Shown: positions 36,531 through 51,574 of the stretch, piece by piece
How positions within the stretch are numbered: the stretch's first letter is position 1
How the letters are laid out: each line of letters starts with the position of its first letter
Assembly (NCBI GenBank): GCA_013265495.1
Contig: MU058065.1
Location: 2,953,003 to 3,017,002 of the forward strand
Source: Vicugna vicugna
Lineage: Eukaryota
Length of the DNA stretch: 64,000 bases
Direction of reading: 5' to 3'
Program-made: the position numbers and the translations under genes
Notes under the pieces: generated by a model
What the model saw: only the letters and a program-made list of their open reading frames with translations
What the model was told of the DNA's origin: nothing
Databases searched by the model: none

Positions 36531-39509
36531 GACACTTCCTTAGCTCCTTACCAGCCAGGGATCCGCATGCCCTTAGAGCACGGGCAGCTAGAAAACCTGG
36601 TGGGGATTGGTCCCCGGGTCATGCTGGAGCTGGCAAGGGCTGGGATGCCTCTGATATTCAATCACAGGCAGGGAGTGTGGCCCAGACCAACAAGGAATAG
36701 AAAAGAGAAAAAGGCTGGGAGGCTATTGTTCTGTTCCTGGGGAGGGGATTGAAACGGCATCGTGAGAAGAGAAAGGAGGAGCTGGATGTGAATGCTATTG
36801 TGGGGACATGCCACAGGCAGATCAAATTGTGCTTTGTTTTTTATTTCCTCTGAAATCGTCAGGGCAGTGATACACACATCCTACCCACTGTCTGTTCCAT
36901 TCTGCCCCCTAAATTGGGCAAATGTGTGGTATGAGAGCATCACCTTTAGGGCATGGAGGGTAAGCACTCCAAAGATGGGAGAGGACTGATGCATGCTGCC
37001 GTGTTTAGGCTTAGAGAGGAGGGGCAGCCCTTGGGAAACCAAGACCTTAGGAAACTAAGGGACCAGGGTCTGGATGCCTGGGCTCCCGTTCGCCCTCTCC
37101 TGCACTAAGGCTACGGCCACCATGTTAGGAGGACCAAGCCCCTGTGAAGAGCAGTGAAGAGCATCCTGCCATGTGAGTGCTGACTGGAGGACCTGAGGGG
37201 TGCTGGGGGTGACTTCACACCATAACAGCTCAGACACAGGCTGCCCTTTGCTTGAGGTAGAGCCCCGCTCTGCAATGTTCCAGCCCTCGCTGGCATCTTG
37301 CAGGCCAGCTAGTTAGAAGGGTAATTGCCACCTGCACTTTAAGAACTTTTTTCCAAATTACTCATCTGGTCAGTGAGGCTTCCACAAAACACCACCCACC
37401 ACCACTAGAGCTCGATGTTGTACAGAGGTGGGAGGAGTCATCCATCAACCTACCTCGAGGCTAAACTGGGGCACCCTAGGGCACACCCACAGGTGTGGAC
37501 CGATTGGAAGATGGTCAAAGGAAACATTAAAGTTTGCTAGGCTGGGTGAAGAGAGAAGTTGGAAGGATAAGCTCCTTTGGAAGAGAAATGGTGTGCTCCC
37601 TTCCGATGCAAGTGCCCAGCAGTGTACGGATGCAGCCTGTCCATGTTGTGGAGAAAACTCTTAAATAGTAGCATGACTCTGAGCTGCCGTTTCCCTGCTC
37701 CCCGAACTCTTCACCCCGGAGCACTGTCTCCCCTCCTCCCCACTCCCACATCTTTACCTTCTCTCTACCTTCGAGGCCTAATTCAAGTGCCAGGACCTTG
37801 TACCACCCCTACAACATGTCTCCTCTTCTATTAGCCTGAGGAACACCTCCCCTCTCTGCTCTCCAAAGTGCTTTGCTTATGGCTTACTTACTGCTCTACG
37901 GATGGGTCTCTATCTTGCGAAGCAGAGTGTGTCCACCAGGCTGTAAGCTCCAGGCTGTGGGGATGACCTCTTATTCATGTTTGTTTCCCCACAGAATCCA
38001 GCCCAGGGCCCAACTAGATTTATGTTATGTATTTATCGACCTAATCAATTGCTCAGTGTTTGACACCTTTCCAGATAAAGAGCTGGTTGTTAGAAAGTTC
38101 TTATATCATTCCTGTAGCCTCTGATCATTAGTTATTGCTTTCCCCCTTGCGACTTAGAAAGTTTTCCTTCGTCTTCAGCATGATAGCCAACAAATATTAG
38201 AAGTCAGCATTTATTTCTTGCCCAGCCCCACCAAAGCTGTCTTCCTCTTCTTAAACTTACTCATAGTCTGAAAGGGGCCAAAATCTTGATTCAGTAACGA
38301 GACACTAGGAAGAAGGAAAAAAAGGAAAAACTGAGTTCAAAGACAATGAATGACTTGGATTAGTTTGAGGTTTGGATGAGGTCCAGCTCCCCAGTTCCAT
38401 GATTCATTCTCAAAGAAGAAAGACACAAGTCCTTGCAATGCTCAGAGAAAACAGTGGATTTCTGTCACCCCCTCAAAGAGCACTCAAGGAAGGACCGTTC
38501 TGTAACTGGACACAGCAGTCAGGTGATGCTCTGCTGCTAAGCGGAGTTTTCCGGCAGCCCGGTGCTACCTTAGTGGAGCCAGGGAGACCCAACAGAAGCA
38601 GATTTTGTATTTAACAGATGGAAGGGACCTGGAGTTCATCTAATCTAGCCCTTCCCATTTGCATGTGAGAAAATTGAGGCCCCAAAAGAGGAAGTGAGTT
38701 AAGCAGTTACAAATGTATCTTCAGAGAACTTAATTCCCACCATCACTAACTGGGCTCACATCCAGTCCCCTGCAATTACAATTTCAAGCAAAAGCAGAAT
38801 GGCTCCTCCTTCACCTGCTCCCTGATACGTCCATCTTCACGTATGCTCAAGACTAGAGCTAAGAAATGCTTTCAATGATGTCATCAACTCCAGTGAAGCC
38901 TCTAAGTGATGCAAGTTGTGATTTTCAAGTTCTTAGGTTGATAGATAGCTTCAATGTTAATTGTGTTATTTTAATTTATAACATACACATATACTGTATT
39001 TTTTAATATGTATAAAATGCAATACATTTTAAGATCATAAAGAAAACACCACTTGAGTGACTTCTATCTACATTCTTTCCTTCAAGGAAAAAAGAGAAAG
39101 TGAGACAGGAGAACACTTACACGGGTTTGTCCCAGCAGAGAAGGGCATTTTGAGAAGGCTGTTCAATAGTTGTTTTTCACTGCAATACAACGTGCACAAT
39201 AGGCATTCCAGACCCTTATTCTAGGGGTGAGTGTATCTTTTTCAAGTGTTATTTAGTAGAATGTTTTCATGCCTGACAGGTTAATAATGTGTTTTTAAGC
39301 CACATTAAAATCCTGTGTATCCGTCATGGAGATCAGAACAAAGAGTGTTCTCACAGGTCAGTAATAAGCCAAAGATGACTTTTCCTGGTCTCTTGTGCCA
39401 ACACTGTTCTCATTGAATGGGACATGAGGGGAGAAATTTAAGAGAAGAACAGATGGTGTAAAACAGGACAGGAAGAGGCTGGAGAAGGAAAGTCTACCAG
39501 AAAAAAAGG

Positions 39510-39925
39510 AAAACACGTGGAATTCTCCACAGCAGTTAAAATGAATACACTAGAGATACACATATCAACACACAAATCTCAGATACCTAATATTAGACAT
39601 TGAAAGCAAATTGCAGAAAGATACATATGATGTATCATTTACCTAAAGTTTAAAAGCATGTAAAACAACACTGTCAGTTGGTGGTGGATAAGGACATAAT
39701 AGTACAAGTATAAAAACTTGCACAGGAGTGGTGATCACCCAACCAAGTTGATGGTTACTCCTGGGGAGGCGAATGGAGAGAGGAAAGAAAGGAAGGTAGA
39801 TTTAAAAAGAGGATGAAGGTGACTTCAGTTGACATTGTATGGTTCTGATTCTTAAGCTGGATGATGAATACATATTTATCTCCTAAATTAGCATGTCTTT
39901 TTGTAGGCTTGAAATGTTTCATAGC
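39510..39925 (+). mobile_element. L1ME-like 3' fragment
   Basis: acagcagttaaaatgaatacactagag...gcaaattgcagaaagatacat...ttcttaagctggatgatg. Confidence 0.65.
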
Positions 39926-40089
39926 CCCCCCAAAAAAAACTAAGTGAAGTGTGCCCCCAAAAGAACTGGAACACCTTTCCCATTGCCTCTTTTTTTCTCT
40001 TGCATCTTTCCTCTTTCTTTCTATCTATTGGTCTATATATGGTACATATCTTACATATTACATGTATGTATGTGCACATGTGCATATAT

Positions 40090-40220
40090 AATAGAGACAG
40101 AGAAAGGAGGATAAATAGGTAAGTAAGATAGATCACTAGATAGATAGATAATAGATAACAGATCATTTTGACAAATAAATGATAGATAGATGATGAGAGA
40201 GAGAGAAGATAGATAAAGCT
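40090..40220. repeat. Degenerate (GATA)n / AG-rich simple repeat
   Basis: tagatagatagataatagataac...gatagatagatgatgagagagagag. Confidence 0.75.
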
Positions 40221-41744
40221 GAATAGGATCATTATTACATGCCAAGTGTTTTCATGAACTATCGTCTTTAATCTTCACCATGACCCATCTTACAGATGAG
40301 ATAACTGAGACTCAGAGAACCTATGCTCACAAAGCTATCGTGGCAGCAGATCCCCTAATCCAGGCCAGGTGAATCTTCCCCCAGCACTATGCTGATTTCC
40401 AGCTCCTGATGCCACTTGAAATAAAGGGGCCAGGGAGTACTCAAAGGTTCTGGTCCTTCCTTTAGAAATCCAGAGAAGGGAGCTTGAGAAATTTTTTTAA
40501 GTAAATAAAAATAAACAGCATGAATAAAACAAGCTGCTCTTAGAGCAGACAGGAAAAACTGTCCCCCCAGATCCATCCAATGTCATCCTGATTTCTGCTC
40601 ACAGCTGAGTGAGGTCTGGCCCTCTTCCTCACTGTCCCATGGAAGTCACCCTGTCTCTTCACACACACACAGATGACTGCAGAGAGCACTGTATTGTCAA
40701 CAGCTGTGCATTACAAATCTTTTCTCCTACTTTAACTCATATCAGTTGACACTTCAGCACCAAACACTGATGCTTGTCTACACGTATAAACCCAAAGTCC
40801 TATAAACAGTGATGAAGCAGCCTGGGGTGGACTTTTTGGAGGAAAAAGCTGCTTTCCTGGTACCAGACTGAACGATTAACCTCATAGTCCCAAAGGCTTA
40901 GGATCAACCCCGTTATGGGTAGTGATTCAGTAGGAAATCTCACCATCCTAGTACCTTTGCAACTATTTGTCTTTTTAAAAATCAACAATGACACAAAGTC
41001 ACTGGAGATAAAATACATTCCTAGAAAAATTTGATCTGAGACTGAAGTTCAAATAATCATTCTCAAAATTCGTATTTGTGGAGAATTATTTGAAAATTGC
41101 ATATGTAGGTTGTTGGAGATTAAAACCTTAAAATACATGCCATTTAACCATCTGCTTTGTGTTTGCTCTTAATATTAAAGTTGTGCTTAAATGCTACATA
41201 TTTTACATTAAATATTTGGAAACATGGCCAAGACTCATTAAAAAAAAAACAAACATTTAGCTCCCCACTTCCTCCAACTAATTTTTAGAACACTTTTGTC
41301 TACATCTTTCCTGAAGTACAATTCATAATCACACCAAAGACAGATATGTTCATTTCAATCATTTCCGTAACAGAAGAAATGAAACTTACGTTGATAGACT
41401 ATAGATATTAGAGACGATCTAATCCAACAATTTCATTCTGCAGAAAATCTCTGAGGCACAGATAAAGGGAATGTTTTCGTGGACCTACATGGAAGAAGCT
41501 GAGCTTTGCTTGTGCAAATTCTTCTGCTGTGCTCACAAAGACAAATTTTTTGCCCTCAGCAGTACCAGGCTGGATGGATGGGACATTTCTACAAGGCTCA
41601 GACTGTATCATTTCCTTAGGCATTTTTCTTCTTTTGCTTTGATTAAGTTCAATCATGCCATCAACTTGACTATTTGCGACTTAAGTCGTCAAAATTGCAT
41701 GCTTAGTTGATGGCTATCCAGCATCCTTAGTTTCTTGTTGCTAG

Positions 41745-42099
41745 TTATGGCAAAGATAAGTGGCTGTCCACTAAAGACGTGAACTTTTCTTCCACTGTAT
41801 AGAGTTTTTTGGGGAATGGCTGCCAACGCAGGACCACATCACAGTCTCTTTCACACGCAGTAGGGCCAGTTCTCATCAGTGGAGCATGAACAAAAGGGAT
41901 AAATATCACATCTCAGCTGCGATGGGAAAGAAGCCAGTGTGCCTTACCCCTAAGGCGGAAGGGGGCTGGACCACCGCTTGGGAGGCAGGATGCCTAAATC
42001 CACTGTGGACTCTACATGAGCGAGCAATGACTTGCACTGTATTAAGCCACCGAAGTTTGCGAGTTTAGCTTTATAGTAACTGGCATTATTACTAACACA
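41745..42099 (+). mobile_element. MLT1I/J-like LTR
   Basis: tggactctacatgagcgagcaat...tgtattaagccaccgaagtttg...actaacaca 3' end. Confidence 0.55.
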
Positions 42100-45000
42100 T
42101 GGATCAGATGAGAAGCATCTCAAAAACATAAAAATACATCCCAAGCCGGTAAATTACATGGAGGCCCTGTCTGCATGTTCTGCTTCTTAAGTAAATGATG
42201 AGATTGCAGTTCCCAAGGCTGTGACATCAATGCCTTCCTCTGAGAAACAGCCAGATTCAACTCAGGTCAGCCCCAGGAAAACCCCACAAGAACCCCTTGG
42301 ATGACTCTGCTGAGGTCAGTCAAGACAGAGCACGCAGATTGCGTCAGCGTAGCAGCCCCAAAATGATTTCTACCTTTGCTTCAGAGGAGTACAGGATGTA
42401 GAGAAAATTAAGATACACAAATCATTCTGTTCTGAATTTCTAAAAAATCCCTTAAGCCCTCTGTTTTACCCCTAGTAAATAATGAAAAGCTTAGCTAAGA
42501 ATGCCCTTTTTCAAAAGGTTCCCAGTTTTTCATGTCTGGACTTTTCAATTGGTTCCATCAACTTAGTCAAACAGATCGCTATTAAGATCAGAAGGAAAAG
42601 AGTCAAAAAGCCATTGAATTTATTTGGCACATAACCCACTGAGGAAATGGCTACATAAATACAGCCCCAGCTTAAAGCCCTCTGTTTGCTCAGCTGTGTT
42701 TATTTAAATTAAATATTGGCCCTAACCAGATCCAACCCCCATCCTGCTCACCTGAATTTGGGGTTCTTGGTTGCAGAGAAGTCGGACCAATGAATTAACT
42801 GTTTATGCTGTGCTTGTCTGAACTCACTTGAATCCCCAAAAGTTTGCCCCAGGGGCTCCAGAGACACCAGCTTCAGAGACTTGAAGCTTCGGCCTGCTTT
42901 GACGCAAAGCCCAGCCCTTTTCAAACATTTTTCAGCACTGGAGTCCATATTTCTAGAGAGAGTTTACACTGAACCCAAACAAACAGAGTAGGCAAATTCC
43001 CAGCTGCTGTCATTGAAGCAGGGCTGAGGGTCCCAGAACACCCCACCCCTTGAGTTGAAAAGATCCATCTGATTCAATTCCCTTTCGACAAAGAAACTGA
43101 GGACCAGCGACTTGCTTATACCCGGTCAACAATTTAGCAGCTGGGCCAAGACTGGAAACCAACCCTAGGCTCCCAGCCCTGAGCTCTTTTCCGGACAATG
43201 AGCCGCTGCTCTCTCGTTGCTTCTTCTACATGTGTCCATGCAATCTCTGTCTGTGAATTTCCCACCTAAATTGGGAGAATTTCCATAGAATTTCTCATTC
43301 CGAGGTCAATTCATGCAGCCATTGCTGCAGTAAATACCCAGCGTCCTGGTGAACAGAAGTCTCATACGAAGGTGGTCAGCAGGTCCTTGAATTGAGAGCT
43401 CTCCCCATGAGGTGTCGACACACTCAGCTGCCCAGCCCCTCCCTTACCTTCCTCCAGTGACTGATTCACTCGAGCCCTGGAGAGCTCTCACGCTGGTCGT
43501 GCGAGCAAAGAAACACCAGTTCTTGGAGACAGAAGGGCTCCTGGAGATCGTCTAGATTCTGCATCAATGGCCTCATTTCTCAAATGAGAAAATGTATGTC
43601 CCGGCACTCTATAAACTGGAGAAAACTTTAGAGGTTTAAATAGCCACGTCTGCAAGGCAACTTGAGATAGGGGCTTCTGAGTGTGAGTGTGATGGACCAC
43701 CTGTACTGGAATTACTAAGGGTGCTTAGTGAAAATGTAGATTCGTGAATGAAACATGACTTTGTGTTTTTGCCAACCATTTCAGAAAATTCTTCTGTATA
43801 TGCTACTGGTATAGTGGAAAGAGCACATTAGTTAACGGCAAGTAGTTTTGTGTTCAATTCAACTCTTCGGTCTTTAAATGGGGATGTTGGACCAAACCAC
43901 TTAATCTCCCATATCTCCCATGACATGGCTGTAATGTTCTAGAGGGGTAGTGGTAGGCAACGTTCTAATAAAATACTAACCGCCTGCTGGAAGGGTTCTC
44001 TGGTCTCTTACTAAACCCCCTGAGTCAGTTAGTTCAGGCCTCTGGAAGAACTCCCGCTGGAGCAGAGCAGAGCCCTCTGGGACAGCTGAACTCTGTCCTC
44101 CATCCATCAAACACCAGCTTCCCCCCAGCAGGCGCTGTCCCCAGGCTCTGATGCCCGGACTCAGCTTCATCAACCTGATGCTCAGCTGGCAGAAGGAGTC
44201 TCTTCCTTGCCACCCAAGTTCCTCTCTTATTTCTTCTCACCTCCAACTATTTTTATTAACAATGAGACATCCTTGTAAACAGTAAAATGCTAGACAATGT
44301 AAGCCACCATTATTGTTACTAGAAGCCCTGAAGGTGTATTAAGAGAAAGGCTAGAAAGAAAGGCTCCACATTGGAGACAGAATTTAAGACGGAAGCTGGT
44401 ATGAGCCCCTGTTGAAAGTGATGAGACAAAGAATCCCTCAGAGACTCTGTGGGCTCAGGAAGGCCTCAGGGTGACCAGTGGGACGTGGATTTGCAGAATA
44501 GTAGAAAAAGAGGGCAGCTGAGCAAGGAGAAACCCTGACATAGACGAAAACCCCAAAGCAGCTCTCCATGGGTCAGTCACTGGGGCTTTGCCTGCATTCA
44601 TGCCTTTAATCCCCTCCAGGTCCTCCAGCGTATGACACCATTATCCCCATTTTGCAGATTTAGGAGGTTAAGTAAAATGCCATCATTTGAACTCTGGCAT
44701 TTGGCTCAGAGCCCTTGTGTCACCCTTATGCCACACTGACATCCCAGCGGTCAGTGGGCTGAACCCCAGAACTGATGTCCCCTCTTTCCATCCTGTCATT
44801 TTATCCCAGGGCACATATCTTAAAGCCCTCACTCTATGGTCTAGAAACTTTGAAAATGCTCATTATAACCTCCTTTTGTCATGCTGATCCCAGCGTGTTC
44901 CATCGGGGGAAAGGGACTGAAACTAAATGTAATCAAGATCCTCTCGTTCTGTGAAATTACCCGGCTGTTCACGTAGCACATTATGAAACTGGAAGCAGGA

Positions 45001-47119
45001 GAAATTATTCCCAGGCTTTGAGCCTGATGCTTTCCCTCCTTATTCAAATTCTTGTTATAAATATTTGAGAAATGGCGCCGTCAGCTGTAAATGGACACTG
45101 ACTGCATCTCACCCGTTTTCCCTCAGTAGCCTAGGGCATCTGGTTCCCGGCATCACACAGGGGTCACATTTATATGTAAATAACAGATGCTGATGCAGGA
45201 TTCTCAAGGGCAGCCAGCAGGGACCACCTCTCAATTAAGGGGTGGGACCTCTTATTTCCCTACAAGGGCTTCAAATAGGGGTGGCACTCCTGTGTGACAC
45301 TGACCTCTCAGTGCTTTCATTTCCCCTCATGTAAACCAGGGGAAGTATTAACACTGGCACCCTCAGTAAATGTCAGCCATTCATAGCAGAAACTGCTTCC
45401 TCCCTGGGTGATCTTGATCAGTTTCCCAGTCTGTAAAATGGGAGCAATACATGATACCTGCTCCACAGCATCAATAAAATTTTGTGAGCCTGAAGGGGAA
45501 ACATTGATTCAAAATCAACTTGTCGGTTGCAAGTACTAAACAAATGCAAAGGTGCTGGTGTCCTGGTTCTCTGGGGAGGGTGGTGCAGATACGGTCTTAG
45601 GTCCCATGTATAGACAAGAGCAGGGAATTCAGTCCTGAGCTCTATCCCTCACCTCCCAGATTAAGTCCTGAAATTCATCAGATGCTTTCCAGAGCTTTCT
45701 TGCTTTCACACACCAACCATGCTACCGCCTGATTTGGTCGTGTCTCTTTCTGCCTCCAAGATGATTTGTCTCAGTGCCCTTCCCTGTCCCTCGGTATTTC
45801 TCAGAGCCATACCTGGATACTCTGAGAGATTTCAGTAACCGTGCATCTCAGGCAAATGTTATCAGAGCCCTATTCCTTTCCTCTCCGAAAGCCCCAGATA
45901 GATATTCCTACCCTCCCCTGCAGTTCCCATCTTCCACAAATCATTAGTCTCCTTCACCTATAAAGAAAGTTTTGATTCTCCAGATAACCTACTTCGCACT
46001 CAGTCCGGAGAAAATCATTTCAATCCCTTGCAAAGATGATCATCTCCCTCCACTGCCCTAAAATGCCTCTTCAGAAGACGGGCAACCTCATAGCCAGGCA
46101 GTCAGTCTCTCAGCCCGGGCAACCCAAGGTCTTCTCTAACCTGGGTTCTCCGGAAGAGTAGCTTCCATGAGAAAACACCATTTGGGGAGGGCTTGTGTAA
46201 GGCCCCAGACACCCTAAAAATGATGTAAATGAACCTAATCCTAGATTTTCAAGAATTCAAACATAAGAGCTCAACATTTTTTAGAAAATCACCACCCCCA
46301 AACGCCCATGGCCACCCCACCTCCTGCTCACCTTGGTTTTAGCTAAACCAAGGGTTTTAGGGACAGACTGTTGCAGAGGGCTACCATTTGGAAAGGAAAC
46401 AATGGAAGGTGGCACAGGAAAGTGCTTTTGAAAAAGACAAGCTGCATCCTCTATTATGTTATTTGTTCATTTTGTCTTCTGGGTTGGCTCTTTAAGAACA
46501 GGGCATGTAAAGCATTTATGACATTTGGCGCATTGCCCAGATCCTGACAGGATTCATCAGGGCCTCACTTTGAACGAGGTCCGCGCTTCTCTGTCACTCC
46601 AGCTCTGCTGGGGACACTGAGGGCTGGTCTGCTCCCCTTTGCTCGTGTCAGGGCTGGGCAGTTTGCAGCGAGATCACCTGAGGAGATGAATTCTATCTGC
46701 CTAGACTTGGACTTGCTGACATCCATCCAAATGTACCAGAAATGCGTGGGAGAAAAAATTTTTGTCAAGAAACACAGAGTAAGAGGTGAGCTAATCAGGC
46801 AGCAAAGCAAATACAGGCTTCCCTCTCCTGTTGAACAAAAGTGATGCTACAGGATAGTCCCTCACCCCGGCCTTGGTCAGAATTTGTCTGTATTGGACTG
46901 ACAATTACCTCTCCTCCCATTAACGAGTTGGACGCAAAGGAGGCCTGATAAACCAAAGGCTCAGGGGAGCTGGGATCCAGCAGACTCCTGCGGTCTCACC
47001 AGAGCGAAGAGAGTGAGTGTGCCATCCTAGCGTGATCCGGAGCAAAGTGAGGGCACAGAACGACTCTTGAATTAAATTAACCCGCTCAAAGGAAGGGCTT
47101 TGCAAATACCAACAAGGCA

Positions 47120-47653
47120 TGTACCCGTTTTCTGTTGCTACATGACAAACCACCTCAAAGAGTGGCTTAATCCAGTAACCGTCACATTATTATCACTCTC
47201 GGTGCAGGGTTGACTGGGCTCCACTAGGCGGCCCTCCTCCTCTCGAGGTCCCTCCAGGGATGCAGTCAGAGGTTGTCTTGAAGACTTGTCATTCACACAA
47301 CTGGTGCCTGGGCGGGGAGGGACCGAACAGCTCGGGGTGAGTAGCTGGTGCTCCTTGGACATCCCTGTCTACCTCTAGGTGGCCCTTCCATACGATCACC
47401 CCCCCATCGTGGCCTCAGCGGTGGACATTCTTCTTGTGTGGTTGCTCAGGGCTGTAGAGACATGGGGAGAGAGGGAACCAGATGGAGACCCAGAGAGAGA
47501 CAGAGCTGGGTAGACGCTGTACCTCCTTTTATGATCCAGCCTTGAAAGTTGTGCAGGAAAGTTCTCCAGTTAGAAATTTATATCTAAGGCAAATTAGGCC
47601 TCCCTGTTGATGGAAGGCATGTCAAAGAATCTGCATGTTTTGAACCCATCACA
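47120..47653 (-). mobile_element. MLT1F-like LTR
   Basis: tttctgttgctacatgacaaaccacctcaaa...gatgcagtcaga...ttttatgatccagccttgaaagt...gtcaaagaatctg. Confidence 0.75.
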
Positions 47654-47957
47654 GTGGTTTTCAACCCTGCTTACACATTAGAATTACCTGGGAGCTTTTG
47701 CAACTCTGGCTACCCAGGCCACACACCAACCAAAGTAGAATCTCTCAGAGTGAAACCCAGGTATGGACTTCTTACCATAAACCCAAGTTTGCCGAAGGGG
47801 AGGGTATAGGTCAGTGGTAGAGTGCATGCTTAGCATGCACGAGGCCCTGGGTTCAATTCCCAGTACCTCTACTTAATCAAAAAATAAATGTACATACCTT
47901 ATTTTAAAAATAAATACTTTAAGAGAAAAAAAAACCCTCAAGTTTAAGAGCCACTGC
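47652..47957. mobile_element. MER5B-like hAT element interrupted by a SINE
   Basis: cagtggttttcaaccctgcttacacattagaattacctgggagcttt ... caagtttaagagccactg (TIR pair). Confidence 0.7.
47797..47933 (+). mobile_element. tRNA-derived SINE (Vic-1-type, camelid)
   Basis: ggggagggtataggtcagtggtagagtgcatgcttagcatgcacgaggccctgggttcaattccc: Pol III A and B boxes, A-rich tail, imperfect TSD aaaccc(tc)aagttt. Confidence 0.85.
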
Positions 47958-48393
47958 TTTAGATGATGGGGTGTTCCTACTCAGCACAGAATATAAAAAA
48001 TCTACCTGACACGTATCTCTAGTGATGCTCGCTTCTCCACCTCAGCAAACCCAATGCTGGCTGTTTGTGATAAATATTTTTAAATGTCTTCTTTATGTTC
48101 TGAATTAAAATTCATAGGCAATATAATTTGCCTATACATATAATATCCAAAAATATCAGCATATTAGCCTGACTACCTTTACAATTAAAGGTAACATACA
48201 GAAAGGTAAGTTACAATATAATAATCAGAGTGGCATTAAGTAAGTGCTCAGACTGGTGACATTAGACATAATGCAGAATCCCCGTGAATGTCACAGCTGC
48301 TCTTGCTGACTGACATGAGTGTGTTGTGCTGGGCACTCAAGCGCAACACGCAGCTTTAACATCATTAGTGTGATTTTCTAAAAATAGAGCACT

Positions 48394-48766
48394 TGTGTTA
48401 GTTTGCTAGGGCTGCCTTAATAAGACACCATAGACTGGGGAGCTCACGCAACAGGGATGCATTTTCTCACAATTCTGGAGGCTGGAAGTCCAAGGTTAAG
48501 GTGCTGGCAGGTTTGGTTTCTTTTGAGGTTTCTTGTCTTGGCTTAAATATCACCGTCTTCCCTGTGTCTTCCCTCTGCGGGTCTGTGTCCTAATCTCGTC
48601 TTCTTAGAAGAGCATCAGTCCTATTGGACTAGGGCCCACCCTATCAACCCCCATTTTAACCTAATTACCTATTTTCAGGCCCTATCTCTAAATACAGCCA
48701 CATTCTGAGGTACTAGGGGTTCAGGCTTCAACGTGATTTGGGGGGGAACACAATCAGCTCATAAGA
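48394..48766 (-). mobile_element. MLT1B/C solo LTR
   Basis: tgtgttagtttgctagggctgcc...ttctggaggctggaagtccaagg...cacattctgaggtactagggg. Confidence 0.88.
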
Positions 48767-51574
48767 GAAACTAGCACTTTGGTATGGTTCTCAACAGAGC
48801 AAAATGAGTTTAATCTCCCTTCAGTTTTCAAAGTAGTTGCATTCCCATAAAAGTTATTGTATATTATAAAAACTATGTCTTCCCAACAAAATCCACATTA
48901 TGTTTATATGTAAAATATAAACGTATGTGTATGTAATCCTACATATAAAATAGGGCCAGATTCTAGGCTCAGCTCAATCAAAACAGGCTTTCCACCTGTC
49001 TGAATGTCCCTTGGGGCACTGGACACTTGCGAAGGCTCAGATGATTCATTAGTGCAGGACTGTGAGACAGAGAGGCACCAGCAGCTTTTCCCTGCTAAAT
49101 GCTCGTAGCACCACTTCAATTACTGTGACAAGAAAAATGCCCCCTACAGGGCAGAACAGGTTCCCTTGAGAATGTTTGATTTAAAGGAACCCAAGGATAA
49201 ATTCATAATCTAAATATTTCTCTTGTCAGAGAAAAATCACCATCCCCTACTTTATTTACTTAGTAAGATTTGATTTTGTGATTTGCTTTCTGAAATTGGG
49301 GTCAATCTCTTATTTTCGTGTTCAGTACTCGAGCTTGACTGCAGGGCTATCTGACATTCTGGAAATTACCCAAGTCAAAGAGCATCCCAAACAAAGACTG
49401 GTTTGGTTTTATGGTGTTCCAAATTAGCTACACTGACAAGTCTGTCAGTTGGTCTAATAGTCTAAGGTCGGTAGCATGCAGTAGGGGAGTAGAATCTGTC
49501 CCCTTTTTACACCCTTGAAAAAAAAACAAACCTAAATTTGCCATTGATCAGATCTTCTAGAAATGTCTCAAAGCTTGAATGGTAATTTGAATCTGAGGTG
49601 GTATATGTATACACAATTGAAAAAAGATAAAGCAAAGACATCATTGTTAAACGAGCAGTATTGTGCCCAGAATCCCAGAGTCAGCAGGCAGGGAAGCCTT
49701 GGATCCAGCCCAGATCTGTCTGACACCAGAGCCCTGCTCGCCACCTCCACTCAGCACCACATGGATGAGATGTCTGGGAGAAGGACAAAAACGAGATAGG
49801 CACACGATGGGATGTGAAGCATTTCTTCAACAAACCTCGAGAGGTTTCCAGTTGCAGATGGAGAGTGAGGGACAGTCCCATAAAGCACTCATCCTCCATC
49901 ACTTTAGATTTCAATTTATCTTTGGATAAGACCCAAATTCCACTCATATTATCAATGTCTCAGTCTAGGAGGAAAAGACATACTAAAACATACACACTTC
50001 AAATAATTGAGCTGAACTGGAACTTTTCCATTTTAAAATGTTGAATACAATTATTGCTTTAATAATTAGATTTAAAATGGCCCCAAAATCGACATTATTA
50101 TCCCTTGTTTGGCTGTTCCCTTCACCAGCACTTGAAGGAGTTGATTCTGTTGGGGCTTTGGAGACATGCCAGAGTAATTATATTTTTGCACAACTGGAGA
50201 CAAGACTATCCATTTGACTATGTGTTGTTCACCAAGACCCCATCTGTTCCTGCTCCCAATATTCAGGAATTTCTTCCACAGAGAGAAGAGAGGAGGGAAC
50301 AGAGTCTTAATGTTGTTGCCTCTTCCTCATGTTTTTTCCTTTGATTACAGATATTGATTCATTCATAGCATGGGAGAAATTATTTGTAGTTATATCTGTA
50401 TGTTGAAAGGTAACAGAACATTCCAAAATATTAGCTAGAATAGTTTCCATGGCCAATGTGAATCATAGTGCAAGTGATGGCGATAATAGTTTGATCCATT
50501 GTTTGAACGAAGGAATGGATGATGTGACAGATTAAAGCATGTAAAAACACTGCAAAGTCAAAATGATCTGGAATGGCAAATATGGTGGCAGACGTGACAA
50601 GAGTTTCATTTGAATGTTATCTTCTAGGGAACAGAAACAGGGTTTTATTTTAGCAAAGGCATTCAAAACCGTGTGTTTGGGATAATCTCTTTAGTCACAA
50701 CTATTTGTATTTTGAGTCACTGAGTGATTCTCAAGGACTGTATTCTGGAAAGAAGAGATATTGTTTATAATACACTAAATGCATGTTACAGTACTTTGTA
50801 TTCTGTAATCTCATCCTAAAATCCCAAGAGTCCCCATCGCAGGCTCTGTCTCTGTGATTCTGAGAAGGTTGTAATGGTGTAAGATTAAAGAACAGGCTCT
50901 TTGCCAATGGTGTGTAACCATGGCTTTCAGAGATCCCACATGTTTTCCTTGTGACCTTATACCCAGTAGGGGTTATAAATGCTGTAGGAGTTCAGAGATG
51001 ACAGTACTCAAATAACATGGGATTTAACTAATCCCTTTTTCCCTTCCACTTCCATCTTCTCTGACACATTCAGGGATGCTGCCCATGATTAATTAGATTA
51101 GTGTGCGTGGCTGATTCATCTAGGTCAATGTCATGAGAAAAATACCCAAAACATGTGCAATTACAATCCAATCATCGTAGTCACAATGTATTCAAACCAT
51201 TAGGATAATTTTACAACAGCCAAATGAAATTTGAACAGTGTAACTAATCTTCCTTCCAGGTCATTTCTATTATGCGCCATCCCATTGACCATTTGGCAAT
51301 GGATTTATAGGAATTGTTGAACATTATTTTATAGCCTGCCCTGAGACTGCCAAGGGAATTTGACATAAAAGGAAATATAATGGTTCATGCGTGGGCCCAA
51401 CATTCGTAGATTTCCAAGGCCTGAAAATTATTCTTCCGTTCAGCACACATTCACTCAGCTACCATGTTCCCCACATGGGATTTTATAGCAGACATCAAAG
51501 GATAAATAAGGTATAGCCCTCTAGAAACACATCACTGAACCAGAGGAAAGACAAGTGTACAACGACCTGTAACA

